Positions 44,285 through 54,577 of a stretch of DNA of 64,000 nucleotides are shown here, one piece after another. The notes under the pieces are model-generated. The model saw only the letters and a list, made by a program, of their open reading frames with translations. It was not told where the DNA came from and searched no databases. Source of the DNA: Antechinus flavipes (lineage: Eukaryota); assembly GCF_016432865.1 (NCBI RefSeq), contig NC_067403.1, positions 256,370,001 through 256,434,000 of the forward strand, written 5' to 3'. Position 1 is the first letter of the stretch, and the number at the start of each line of letters is the position of its first letter. The position numbers and the translations under genes are program-made.

Positions 44285-45455
44285 GTATTTCTGACTAGCG
44301 GAACAAGGTTGCCCACTATCGCCATTCCTATTGGATTTCGTATTAGAAATGTCAGCTTTAGCAACGAGAAGCAAAAGGAATTAAAGCGGGCAACGAGGAA
44401 ATACAACTATCACTGCAGATGATGTGACAGTAATTGGAGAATCGACTACAAAGTTCCTACAAACAACTAACGACTTTCGCCAAGTTGCAGCATTCAGAAT
44501 AAATCTGTTTCCCGCCCCACGAGCCGTCCCTTGGAATAGAGAAAGGAGCCAACTGCACTTCACGAGGCGAGGCTTGACCCGAGCGTGACGCCTTCAGTGC
44601 TCCACACCCATAGTCCTTCACCTCTGCAGAGAAGGGAGGCAGCTCCAGCCTCAGATGGAGGCAACTTTAGCAGCAGTTTCTCAGCGACCATTTTTGGCTC
44701 TTTAATCGCTATTGTTCTCTCTTATACAATGACTTCATTGTTGGATCTGTTACCTTCCCGATCCTGCTTGTTTTGCTTTGCACCTGTTCATATAAATTTT
44801 CCCATGCTTCCATTTTCAATGTTCTTACGACATAGTAATACGCGATTACACTCACGTACCAAAGGGGCAGCCGGGGGGTCTAGTGGATAGAGCGCTGGTG
44901 CTGGAGTCGGGGGGAACCGAGTTCAAATCTAGCCTCAACCGCTTTTTGACACCTATCAGTATGGGTAAGTCACCCAATACTAATATGCTGGGCAGGACCC
45001 CTAAGCAGACCCAATTGCCACACACACACACACACAGGCAAACATGGCGCCTTTGCTCAGCTATTCTCCAATTAATGGACATCTATCTACGCCTCCCCTT
45101 TCTCCAGTATTTCTGCTACACAAAAAGGGGTGCAATAAACATTTTGGCGCCTGGAGCTTTTCTTTTTATCACGAACCCTTTGGAAAATACGCCTCGGAGC
45201 GGGATCTCTTGCCCAATTTTGTCCAACTCGAAATTGCTTTCCAAAATGGTTGGACCCAATTTGCAAGTCCCTCAACGGCGGATCAGTGTGTCTAATTTTT
45301 CAAATTGTTTAATTTCCATTTCTCTTACTACTAATGGTTTGGGGCAGTCTTTTATTTATTTGTTTGTTTGTTAGTTTTTTGGTCAGTCTTTCATATGGTG
45401 TTAACGATTTGCAAGAGAAGATGAAATTTCTAGCCAGCCCTATTAGAAAATAAGC
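44285..45455 (+). pseudogene. Candidate endogenous viral element, bornavirus-like M and G fragments, disrupted
   Basis: Composition shift (lower GC, many CpG) and broken frames with motifs resembling Borna disease virus M and the G signal peptide. By-eye comparison only; see findings. Confidence 0.42.
44864..45036 (+). mobile_element. WSINE1/Mar-like SINE variant with (CA)n tail
   Basis: tRNA-like head GGGGCAGCCGGGGGGTCTAGTGGATAGAGCGCTGG...GAGTTCAAATCTAGCCTC, atypical middle, CCCAATTGCC end, (CA)8. Confidence 0.75.
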
Positions 45456-45460
45456 TACAT

Positions 45461-45612
45461 GGGGCAGCTAGGGGGCGCAGTGGATGGAGCACTAGCTCTG
45501 AAGTCAGGAGGACCTGAGTTCAAATGTGACCTCAGACACTTAATACTTCCTAGCTTGTGTGACCCTGGGTGAGTCACTTAACCCCGATTGTCTCAGCACA
45601 AATATATATATA
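45461..45612 (+). mobile_element. WSINE1-like SINE, full length
   Basis: GGGGCAGCTAGGGGGCGCAGTGG...GACCTGAGTTCAAAT...GTCACTTAACCCCGATTGTCTCAGC, AT tail, flanking AAGCTACA on both sides. Confidence 0.88.
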
Positions 45613-46639
45613 TAAAAGCTACACGAGGGCAGAGACCATCTTGCTTGCTTGTATTTGTAACTTGATGCAGTGTCTAGCACTTAGTAAGCATTTCATAAAT
45701 GTTTTCTTTATTTATGTCATTTTATAATTTATTTATCGATAACATTAATTTCTCATTACACAATTCCGTTTTGTCCAACAAATATTTATTAGGGTCATGA
45801 GTATTAGAGGCTGGTGGAGCGAGTAAAACGAAAAACCCAAATAAAAACTGGCCGGCCCTGTTCCCAAGGGGCTTCTGGTCTCCCAGGGTGTACGGTCAGT
45901 ACAGAGCAAGGACAAGATCTCACCAAGTCCCGGCGAGAGCCGAAGCCAGAGGGGGAGGGGAGGCGCCATGGGCAGCGGATGCCACCTGAAGGATGCTCCC
46001 GGGAAGCCAAGAATTCCAGGGGAGGGGAGCTGAAAAGGGAGTGCTCCCGATGTGGGCGTGGGGGGTGGAACACCGGGCGCCGGAAGAGCCAGCGCCCGTG
46101 GGACTGGAATGGAGGGGGAATGGAGGGCAGTCTTTGGAAGTCAGAGAGACCAGGAAAAAGGGGGGAGATGACGGAAGGCTCGGGGGATAGCGCATCAAGG
46201 TGGGATGGCCTAAGAGTTAGGAGGAGGGAGGACTGAGCCCGGGTACCAGGTGGAGAACAACTGGGCCAGAGCCTCCAGGGCAGGAAGGGCTGGCCGAGCA
46301 AACAGCTGGGAATCCTGCGCCCACAGGGACAGGGCCCCTGCCTCGACGGCACCGCTCTTTCCAATGTTCGCTGATTAATAGGCAGCCGGGCCTTTTCTGC
46401 CTCTAGGAGCATGGCGAAGGATGTTTGGGGAGTCGGGGACCTTGTTTCTGCCTTGGACCCCCCGAGTCCCAGAGTGCTGAGGATGGAGGGTTAGGGGCCC
46501 TTTCCTTCAACTGAAATCTCAGTCAGAAGGGTCAGGAGGCAGAGGCCTTCCCCGGGACCCTTGTCCTGGGCAAATCATGGCCCTTTGTGGGGCGTCGTCC
46601 ATAAGGAGGGGCTCGGAGCTCCCTCCTTCCCTCTGTGTT

Positions 46640-46880
46640 TCATGGGTCGTCACCTCTGTCTCCCCTGTCATTGCTGCTCACTTGGGTCCTGCTCTCCATG
46701 ACCCTCCTTGGATTTTTCTTGGCAAAGATACTGGGGTCCACCACTTCCCTCTGAGGCCCGTTTTACAGATTACGGAACGGGGGCAGGCAGGGTGAAGTGA
46801 CTTGTCCAGGACCACACAGCTAATGAGTGTCTGAGGCCAGATTTGAACTCAGGAAGAGGAGTCTTGCAGGCTCCAGGCCA
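46640..46880 (-). mobile_element. Mar1/MIR-type CORE-SINE
   Basis: TTTTCTTGGCAAAGATACTGG...TTTTACAGAT...AAGTGACTTGTCCAGG...GTGTCTGAGGCCAGATTTGAACTCAGG. Confidence 0.65.
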
Positions 46881-46955
46881 AGCAAAGCCCCTTAAGGGGG
46901 ATAACACATAAAACAGACTCAAGGCAAACACCACATTTTCCTGGAAAGGACTCTG

Positions 46956-46989
<34 letters not shown>

Positions 46990-47995
46990 AGTTTGTGTGT
47001 TTGGACAGGGAGGTAGGAGGGAGAGAAAATAAATGTTAATTGAAAAAACAATTTTTTCCAAAAAAACGATCTTGCTGTAATAAAACCCAGCTTCACTCAT
47101 GTCCGACTTTCTGTGACCCATTTGGACTTTTCTTGCCATCTCCTTTTGCTCATTTTATGGATAAGTAAACCGAGGCAAGCAGGGAAGTGACTCGTCCAAG
47201 CTAACCCGGCTAGGAGGTGTCCGGGGCTGCTCCGCAGCGATCGGTCGGCCACAGTTCGGATGTAGCAGCTGGCGGCCCTACAGCCCCCGGGGAGAAGGGG
47301 GAGCGTCCCCGGCCCTGTTCTGCCGAGCTGTGAGCGATGAGAGAGCGGCTGCTTGAGATCCGAGGCCTTTGGTCCCTTATTAATGAGGAAAGGGCTCTGG
47401 GTTTGACTGGAGGGTAGGGAAGCTCAGGGCCACCCCGTTCCCTGGAAGGTTCCTCCTCCCCTCTCCTGACTGGCCTCGGGGACCCACAGTGTTTCTGGGA
47501 CCAGGCTGGGTCAGGTAGTCCCTTTCTTTTCCCATTGGAAGAGCAAGCTGAGGTCCCAGCCCAGAAAACTCCTGGACTGCCAGATGTTTCCGGGGTGCAA
47601 GTGAGAGAAAACCCCTGCTCTTGGGCGGGGCCGAGACCACGGCTGCCCTCTGTCACGATTGGGGCTCGAGCCAGAAGGGACACATTCCGCCTTGGACAGA
47701 TGGGAAAACTGAGGCCTGTGAGGAGTCAGGAAGTTCGGCCTTGTGTGCTAGGCTGCTCCCCTTCTCCCGTGTCTCGTCCCCCTTTGATCTTTGTAAGCCC
47801 CCCTCAGATGTCCTCCTATGGGTCTCCTCAGGCCCCACCCTCGCAGACAGTAATCAGAGGGTCACTGGGGCCTGAATCCCGCCAGACTCCTGGTGTCTGT
47901 GAGTGAGACCCCTCCCCCCTGTTAGGAGGAGGGGGATCCGTGACCCAGGGAGCGGATGGGGGCATAAAATGGAACAATAACAAAGAAAGCAAGGA

Positions 47996-48447
47996 TTCCG
48001 GGCATCCCGGCCTGCAAAGACCCCGGGCACCCTCGGCCTGCAAAGACCCCGGGCACCCCCGGCCTGCAAAGACCCCGGGCACCCCCGGCCTGCAAAGGGC
48101 CCCGGGCATCCCCGGCCTGCAAAGGACTCTGGGCACCCCCGGCCTGCAAAGGACCCCAGGCACCCCTGGCCTGCAAAGACCCCGGGCACCCCTGGCCTGC
48201 AAAGGACCCAGGGCATCCCCGGCCTGCAAAGGACCCCGGGCGCCCCCGGCCTGCAAAGGACCCCGGGCACCCCGGCCTGCAAAGGACCCCGGGCACCCCG
48301 GCCTGCAAAGGACTCTGAGCACCCCCGGCCTGCAAAGGACCCCGGGCACCCCTGGCCTGCACAGGGCCCCGGGCATCCCCGGCCTGCAAAGACCCCGGGC
48401 ATCCCCGGCCTGCAAAGGACCCCGGGCACCCCCGGCCTGCAAAGGGC
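47996..48447. repeat. 26-27 bp GC-rich minisatellite (CCCCGGGCACCCCCGGCCTGCAAAGGA) x17
   Basis: 17 CTGCA(A/C)A cores counted. Confidence 0.95.
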
Positions 48448-50393
48448 CTTCCTCATGTGAGGGATGTAGAAGACCCTTACCCAAAATGAACTACTCAGAG
48501 ACCACTCAGTTTATTTGTTGTTTATTAAACCTCTGCAGGACGAGCCGTCCCATTGGGAGATAAGGGACAGAAGGTAGGAGAGCTAAAGAAGTAGTAAAGA
48601 TACCCAGCTCTTAGACAAGAGATGACATCACAAGGATGCACTGGGAAGGGCAGGGGGAGGCATCTAATTGGTTGTTGCTATCCGGAGAGATGGGTCTGAT
48701 GCGCTGAAATTCACAAAGAGGAGTCTTTGGGACCCCAGAGCCAACACTAACCGCTGCACCACCCAGCTGCCCTGCCAGGGGAGGGGAATACAGAATACAG
48801 AGATCTGGGGGGGGCGCTAAGGGGACAGGAGGTCAGCAGAGATCTGGGGAGCAAGAAGGAGGGCCAGGGAAGGAAGCTTCAATGCAGGAGACTGGGACAG
48901 AGTCACCCCCTTCACAGGAACCAGGACTCTATTGATGGATAAGGGAGGGAGAAGGAGCAAGAAGCAGAAGGGGCTTGGAGAGCAGAGCAGATGAGGAGAC
49001 CCTAACCCTGTGCGATGCCCCGAGCCGAGGCCTGGGAATCCTGCTGCTGGCTGGGTCCAGAGTCCTTGAGTGGGGGACTCCTCCGCTTTCCCAGGATCCT
49101 CTCCTGCCCTTTGGGTTTCCCAAACCCCGTCCGGCTTTGAGAGAGAGGGTGGGAGACATGGATTTCTCTCCAGATTACTGAAGGGAAGAAGCCAGCTTGG
49201 GGGGGTAGGGGGAGTTGGGGGGGGACGGCAGCCCCACACATCCCTCCCCCTGCTCGCTTTCTCTCGGAGATCCAGGGCTTTCCCATGGGAGCAAGGTCAT
49301 CCCAGGGGGCTTTGGGAACAAGGTCATTCGTCCCCCCCTCCCCCCCGCCCCGGGCTTTGGGCTGCAATGGCTTAAGAGCAGTGAGGTCCTTCTGGTCTCC
49401 TGCTGGACACGCGGACGTCCCAGGGAACGTCCTTTAGCACAGAGACCCGGCAGGCGGGTCCAGATCAACGCTCCTTACGGCCTCGCTCGGGACACTGGGT
49501 AAGTCGGGGCACCTGGTGCTGAAGGGGCTGCCCCCCCCGAGTGCTCGCCCAGCCCTCCCAGAGGAAAGCCCGGCTCCCCCAAAGCAGCTCCGGTGGCGGA
49601 GGAAAGGTTGGAGTCGGGGACCTGGACTTGAATCCTCAACTGCCGCGGCAGCTCTAAGTCCCCGAGCACGTCGCCGGACCAAACCTGTCCTCACTTTACC
49701 TCTTTGGGGGCGTAGCTGAAACCATCTCTCGGCCCCCTTCGGGCTCCAAATTCTGGGAGCAGCCCCCGCCCTGGCTGGGGGGGGGGGCAGAGCTGGGACC
49801 CAGAGAACGGCCCCCCGGGGCTCAGGAAGCGCCCGATGGAGGCTGGCTCCTTGGTGGCTCCCGGGGGTTCTGACTCACGGGCAGCTGTGCCCCTCCCCCC
49901 TCATGTGGGCCAAAGGTGGGCTCTGCCAGGACCAGGGCCGGCCATCACTGCCGGGTCCCCCACATAGGTCCCCCCCTCCCTCAGGGGATCAGCGAAGTCA
50001 GTCGGGCAGCGAGCATTAAGTGATCACTGTGAGCCCGACTCTCGCCGAGCCCTGAGGATGCCCAGGCTGGCTAAGGGGGCGCCCGGATACGCTGCTCCCA
50101 GGTTGTTCCTTCTCGAGCGGGGTCCGGGAGAGCCCCCAAAGGAGGCGCCCCCTTCTGCTCCGGGGGCTCTGGGGGGGCAAGGGTGCCGCCTTCTGGGAGG
50201 AGGGAGAGGAGGCAGAGTTTCCGTCCAGCCCGAGGCTGGGGAGGGAGGAGGCCCAGGACCTGTCGGGCAGCTCCCAGGGGTGGAGGAGGAGGGGGAGGGG
50301 ACTCCCCGCGCCCGGGGGTGGGGCTCCCTGCGCAGGTAAAAGGCTCCCGCCCGGCCCGCTCCCCGTGCTCCCTGAGACCTGCCCAGAGCCGAG

Positions 50394-52244
50394 ATGCTGG
50401 TGGCGCTGCTGGTGCTGTGTGTCGCCTCCCTGAGCCTGCCCGCGGCCCACGGGGACCAGGGGGGCGGCTCCGAGCCCCGGCCGGGGAACCTGCTGGGGGC
50501 CCGCATCCCCGTGTCCACCAGCAGCCCCGAGTTGAAGGAGTACACCCAGCTGGCCGTGCAGACCTTCAACACCGGCAGCAACAGCATCTACTACTTCCGG
50601 GACACCAAAGTCCTCAAGGCCGAGAAGCAGGTGAGGGGGCCCCGGCTGGGGGGGCAGGTGGGTCTAGGGGCTCAGAGGCCGGGAGCGGGAGGCGGGTCTG
50701 GGGGCTCAGAGGCCGGGAGCGGGAGGCGGGTCTGGGGGCTCAGAGGCTGGGAGCGGGAGGCGGGTCTGGGGGCTCAGAGGCTGGGGACGGGAGGGGGTCT
50801 GGGGGCTCAGAAGCCGGGAGCAGGAGGGGGTCTGGGGGCTCAGAGGCCAGGAGCGGGAGGTGGGTCTGGGGGCTCAGAGGCTGGGGACAGGAGCGGGTCT
50901 GGGGGCTCAGAGGCCGGGAGCGGGAGGCGGGTCTGGGGGCTCCCCACTGCAGGGGGCCGGGTCTCTCAGAGGAGTTTGGGGACTGCCTTCGGGGCTGCGA
51001 GGGTTTTGCCATCTGTCTGTCTGGGGGCAGCCTGTGAGAGTGACAGGCCAGGGGGATCCTGGGAAAAGTCCTGAGCTTAGGCCGGACGTCTCCACGGAGG
51101 CAGCGTTGTTAGAGGGGGAGGAAGGGGAAGCTTGAGGCTCCAGGGAGGACAAACTTTCAGTCCCTAGAAGGGACCAAAGGGCTGCCCGGGAAGGCAGTGA
51201 GCTCCCCAACCCCAGAGGTCTGCAAGTGGAGGCTGGCAGGGTACGGGGAGGGACGGCAGGGCTCAGGGCCCCGATGGGTGCATTTGGGGAGGGTCTCGCC
51301 GGCCGCCCCCCGCTGACTGAGGGACCGCCGTGTCTAGCTCGTGTCTGGCATCAAATACTTCCTGACCATGTTGTTTGGGAGCACCCAGTGCCGGAAGGGT
51401 GCGGATACCGGCGAGGGAGTGAACCTGACCCAGTGCCCGTTCTCGGCGGAACAGGAGGTAAGCGCCGCAAAGGGGCCTGGGTCCTCCCGAGCCCACCCTG
51501 ACTCCAGAGCAAAGCTTGGGGGGGGGAGGCTCAACAGTCCTGCAAGCTGGGGTCTCCTGAGACCCCAGGATCCACCTCAGAGAGGCCGGGCAGCCAAGTC
51601 CAGCTGGGGGCGATGTGCTGCCCGCCGGGGAGAGTGGGAACACGTGTGTGAACGTGCCCTGGCCCGGACGTCTCCCCTCCCGAGAACAATCGGACCGGAC
51701 GCCTTTGGCAGACTGGGGCGCCCCTGCCTTCCTCCCCCGGCCCCCTCCTAGATTCCTGGGCAGGGAGGGGGGCCGGCCGGTTGCTGGTTCAGATCCTGAT
51801 GCTGCCGTCTCCTATCCGGGAGACTGAGCCATTCTCCCTCCCCCCGTCCAGCCTCAGTTTCCCTGCCTGCGCCCAGCCAGCGGCCGACCACTCCCTGGCA
51901 GGCTCAGCATCCCTTCATCCCCATTCTGGGGGGTCCCAGGCCGTGGCTGCCCCAGGAAACAGGGCCTCCTCCGCTCCCAGAACCCTCTGGGCCGAGCCCG
52001 GATGAGCTCATAATCAAAGGGCTTCCTGTTCTGGCCCCTGCTCTGGGCTTGCCCTCCAGGGCCTCTGACCCCTGCCCATCCCCGGGCCAGACTCTGAGAC
52101 AAAGGGGGGAGGATCACGGGGGACCCGGTCCATTCCACGGCTCTGTCTCTGTCCCCCCAGAATTTCCAGTGTGACTTTGAGATCCTGCAGGTCCCCTGGA
52201 AAAACCAGACCACGGTCCAGAAGTTCTCGTGTCTGCCCGCCTAA
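50394..52244 (+). CDS. CST6: Cystatin E/M, 3 exons, ~146 aa
   Basis: Exons 50394-50630, 51338-51457, 52161-52244. Signal peptide, [14 protein letters not shown] (legumain-site loop), Q|LVSG (QxVxG), four Cys, VPW, NQT glycosylation site; AATAAA at 52372. Confidence 0.93.
50655..50945. repeat. ~34 bp G-rich minisatellite in CST6 intron 1, about 8 units
   Basis: GGGTCTGGGGGCTCAGAGGCCGGGAGCGGGAGGC repeated. Confidence 0.9.
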
Positions 52245-54029
52245 GGCCGCCCTGGCTTGGCCCAGCATGGGGGGAGGGGATGGGGGGGGCGCCTGCAGAG
52301 GAAGATGGGACAGGCTGGGGGGGGGGGGATGTTCCGGGCCCTGGAGATTGCACAGCGGCCACGGCTGAATGAATAAACGGATAAACCCACCGCCTTCTCT
52401 GCTCACTCTGAGCCCCCAAGTCTCTCCAGGAGGGGTCGCAAGCCCTGAGGGCTGACACTGTGCGGCGCTGGGGGAGACGGGTCAACTCCAGCTTCTCCCA
52501 GCCCTTCTTTATTTTTCCGGTTCCACGAAAAGAGAGATTTCAGATTCATTTTCGTAAGGTTTTGGGTTCCCAAAGTTTCCCCCCCTCAAACCCTCCCCCA
52601 GCCCATACCCCCCCCCCCCAGCATGCTTTTCAGGGAGCGGACTTTACGGTGGAAGAAGGCCGCCCTCCAGGGCCAGACTGGGCTGCCCCGAGTGGGAGCT
52701 CTGCTTTAAGGGGGGCTTTATGGGGGCAGAGAGGGCTTGATTCCCTGGTCCTTTTTCCCAGAATCCACCTGCCTGCACATTAGCTAGGACACACACGCAC
52801 ATACACACAAAGGGAAGCCGCCGCTGGCCCCCGGGGCCGGCCAAAGCCCAGCTGGGAATCGGGCGCCGAGGGGGAGGGTTCTCTGCCCACGCCCGCCCTG
52901 GCCAGGCTGCCCCCCAAGCAGAGACTCCCTGCTGCCCAAAGCTCGAACCCTGAGAGGCCCCTCACCCTCACTCCCTTTGGCCCTTAGTTCGCCACCAGTC
53001 TCCAGGAACACGGTTCGAGAGGGAGGGGGTGCAGGCGGACCTGACTGGCCCAGGAGTGTCTCAGAGCCTGCTAGGCCCAGCAGCGGGGCAGGGAGGGGGC
53101 GCTCAGGATGGGGGAGGGGGCCGTGATGGATCCTGGCTGGGTTCCCGTACTTCCTCCTGGGGACCGCCCACCGGCCTCTTCCTTCCCGATTTCCGCCGCG
53201 TCCCGCCTTTCCTCCCTCTCCTTCCTCTCTCCTCCTCTGTCCCTCCCGGTGCCCTCGGCTGTCATTTGTAAAGTCACCGAGGGCAGAGCCGGGCCACCCT
53301 GAGACTCAAAGCTGAGAGGGCTCCTCGCTAATCGCAGGGCCCAGGATACAGCAGGTACTTAATTGAAGCCATTCTGAGCTTCAGGCCCATCAGCCTGGGT
53401 CCCCAGTAGTGAGGTTCAGGCCCCTGGCGGGGCGGGGGGGCGGGAACAAGGCCCCACGGCAAGGGGGGACGTCCGAGCGGATGCTCTGGCCCTTTATTCA
53501 CGCTCCCAGCCCGGCCCCGGCCCTCTGCGGCCTTCAGGCTCCTCCCGAGCACCCGCCGTGGCCGTCCCTGGCCATTTCCCCACCTGGCTGTGGGCGGCCC
53601 TGCCCGGCCCTCCCCGATGTCATCACTGGCTCCCTGGGCATCGGGCACAACGCTCTGGCCTGGTGACAAGTGACTCAGGCTCAGCTGACGCTGGCCCGTG
53701 GCCATCACCCTGAGGAACAGGGCTCTCTCTGGCTCCGGGCCTGGGAGAGCTGGGGCCCAGCACTGGGGGGGGGGGGCTCCCCACGCGGTGGGTTTGGGGC
53801 ACGCTGACCACGCGGGGAGCTTGGGCCTGCCTTAGCCCCAGCCCTGCCCCTCTGGGCCGGGAGCCCATGAGCATCCTCAGCTTGAGGCCGTAGGGATGGT
53901 CTGTCCAGCCTCCCCCGAGACCTCCCGGAGGCAGCCTCCTCCTTCCCACCCACAGCGGCTCATTTCACCTCAGATATTCCTGGGGGTGGGGACAGCGGAA
54001 GAGGGCAAGCCCTGAGGAGCTGGCCTCAG

Positions 54030-54160
54030 ACTTAGTAGCTGAGTCACTTTACCTCTCTGCCTCAGTTTCCTCATCTGTAAAATGGGGCTCTTGTTTCCCA
54101 GGATTGATGGGAGGCTTAAATGAGAAAATAGTCACAGACCTTCAAGTCTCCTAAGAGTTA
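54030..54160 (+). mobile_element. MIR fragment
   Basis: AGTCACTTTACCTCTCTGCCTCAGTTTCCTCATCTGTAAAATGGG. Confidence 0.7.
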
Positions 54161-54577
54161 GCTTCTGTACCTGCTGCTCTCCCCCCACACCCACCCAGGG
54201 CCTCCCCCAGCTGTTCTTGTCTCTGCCCTCTGGAGTCTGGGATGGAGACCGGGGCCACGGGCTGCCCAAGTCACAGGCCACTGGGGTCAGGCCACCTGGG
54301 CCACAGGCTGCAATAAGGCCCTGATGGGGAAGCCGCCGAAGCCGGGATCCCTTGGGGGGGAAAACAGCGGGGTGGGCGGCTGTGAGGGGACGGGCGGCTC
54401 TGAGGGGTGGGGGTCTCTCCTACAAGCCCACTGGATTCGCAGCCAGGAAGGAGACAAGAGCTTAGAAAGAGACTTCAGGACTCTATTGGATCGTAGCCCA
54501 GGCAGTCCCGGGCCCGCCGGCCGGCCCCAAGGCCACAAAAGCCGGATCCACTTGCGGTCACTCGGCGACTTCTCCAT

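Noticed and set aside
44415-44790. Filovirus reading of the candidate viral element (DVTxxG..TNDF..NLFP like Ebola VP24; PIVL, FLSD, DFIV, PILL like Ebola L N-terminus)
   Set aside because: The matches are scattered 4-mers needing many gaps and frame changes, and most of VP24 would be missing between them. Kept only as a warning that by-eye matches here can be chance; a profile search should test both families.
45421-45453. MKFLASPIRK as the spliced start of bornavirus L (MSFHASLLRE)
   Set aside because: In Borna disease virus that junction forms only when the intron holding the G transmembrane region is removed, yet here it follows the TM-like stretch directly; the two readings conflict.
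45461-45540. tRNA genes at SINE heads (A- and B-box-like text)
   Set aside because: These are tRNA-derived SINE 5' ends with no cloverleaf or acceptor stem, and they continue into SINE body sequence.
47828-48563. Several 155-218 aa ORFs on both strands, some collagen-like (GARGPLQAG)
   Set aside because: Products of the 26-27 bp tandem repeat; no stable frame, splice context or Gly-X-Y register.
50183-51074. 284- and 226-aa ORFs running through CST6 intron 1
   Set aside because: Read-through of the intronic minisatellite; the real exon ends at the donor at 50631.
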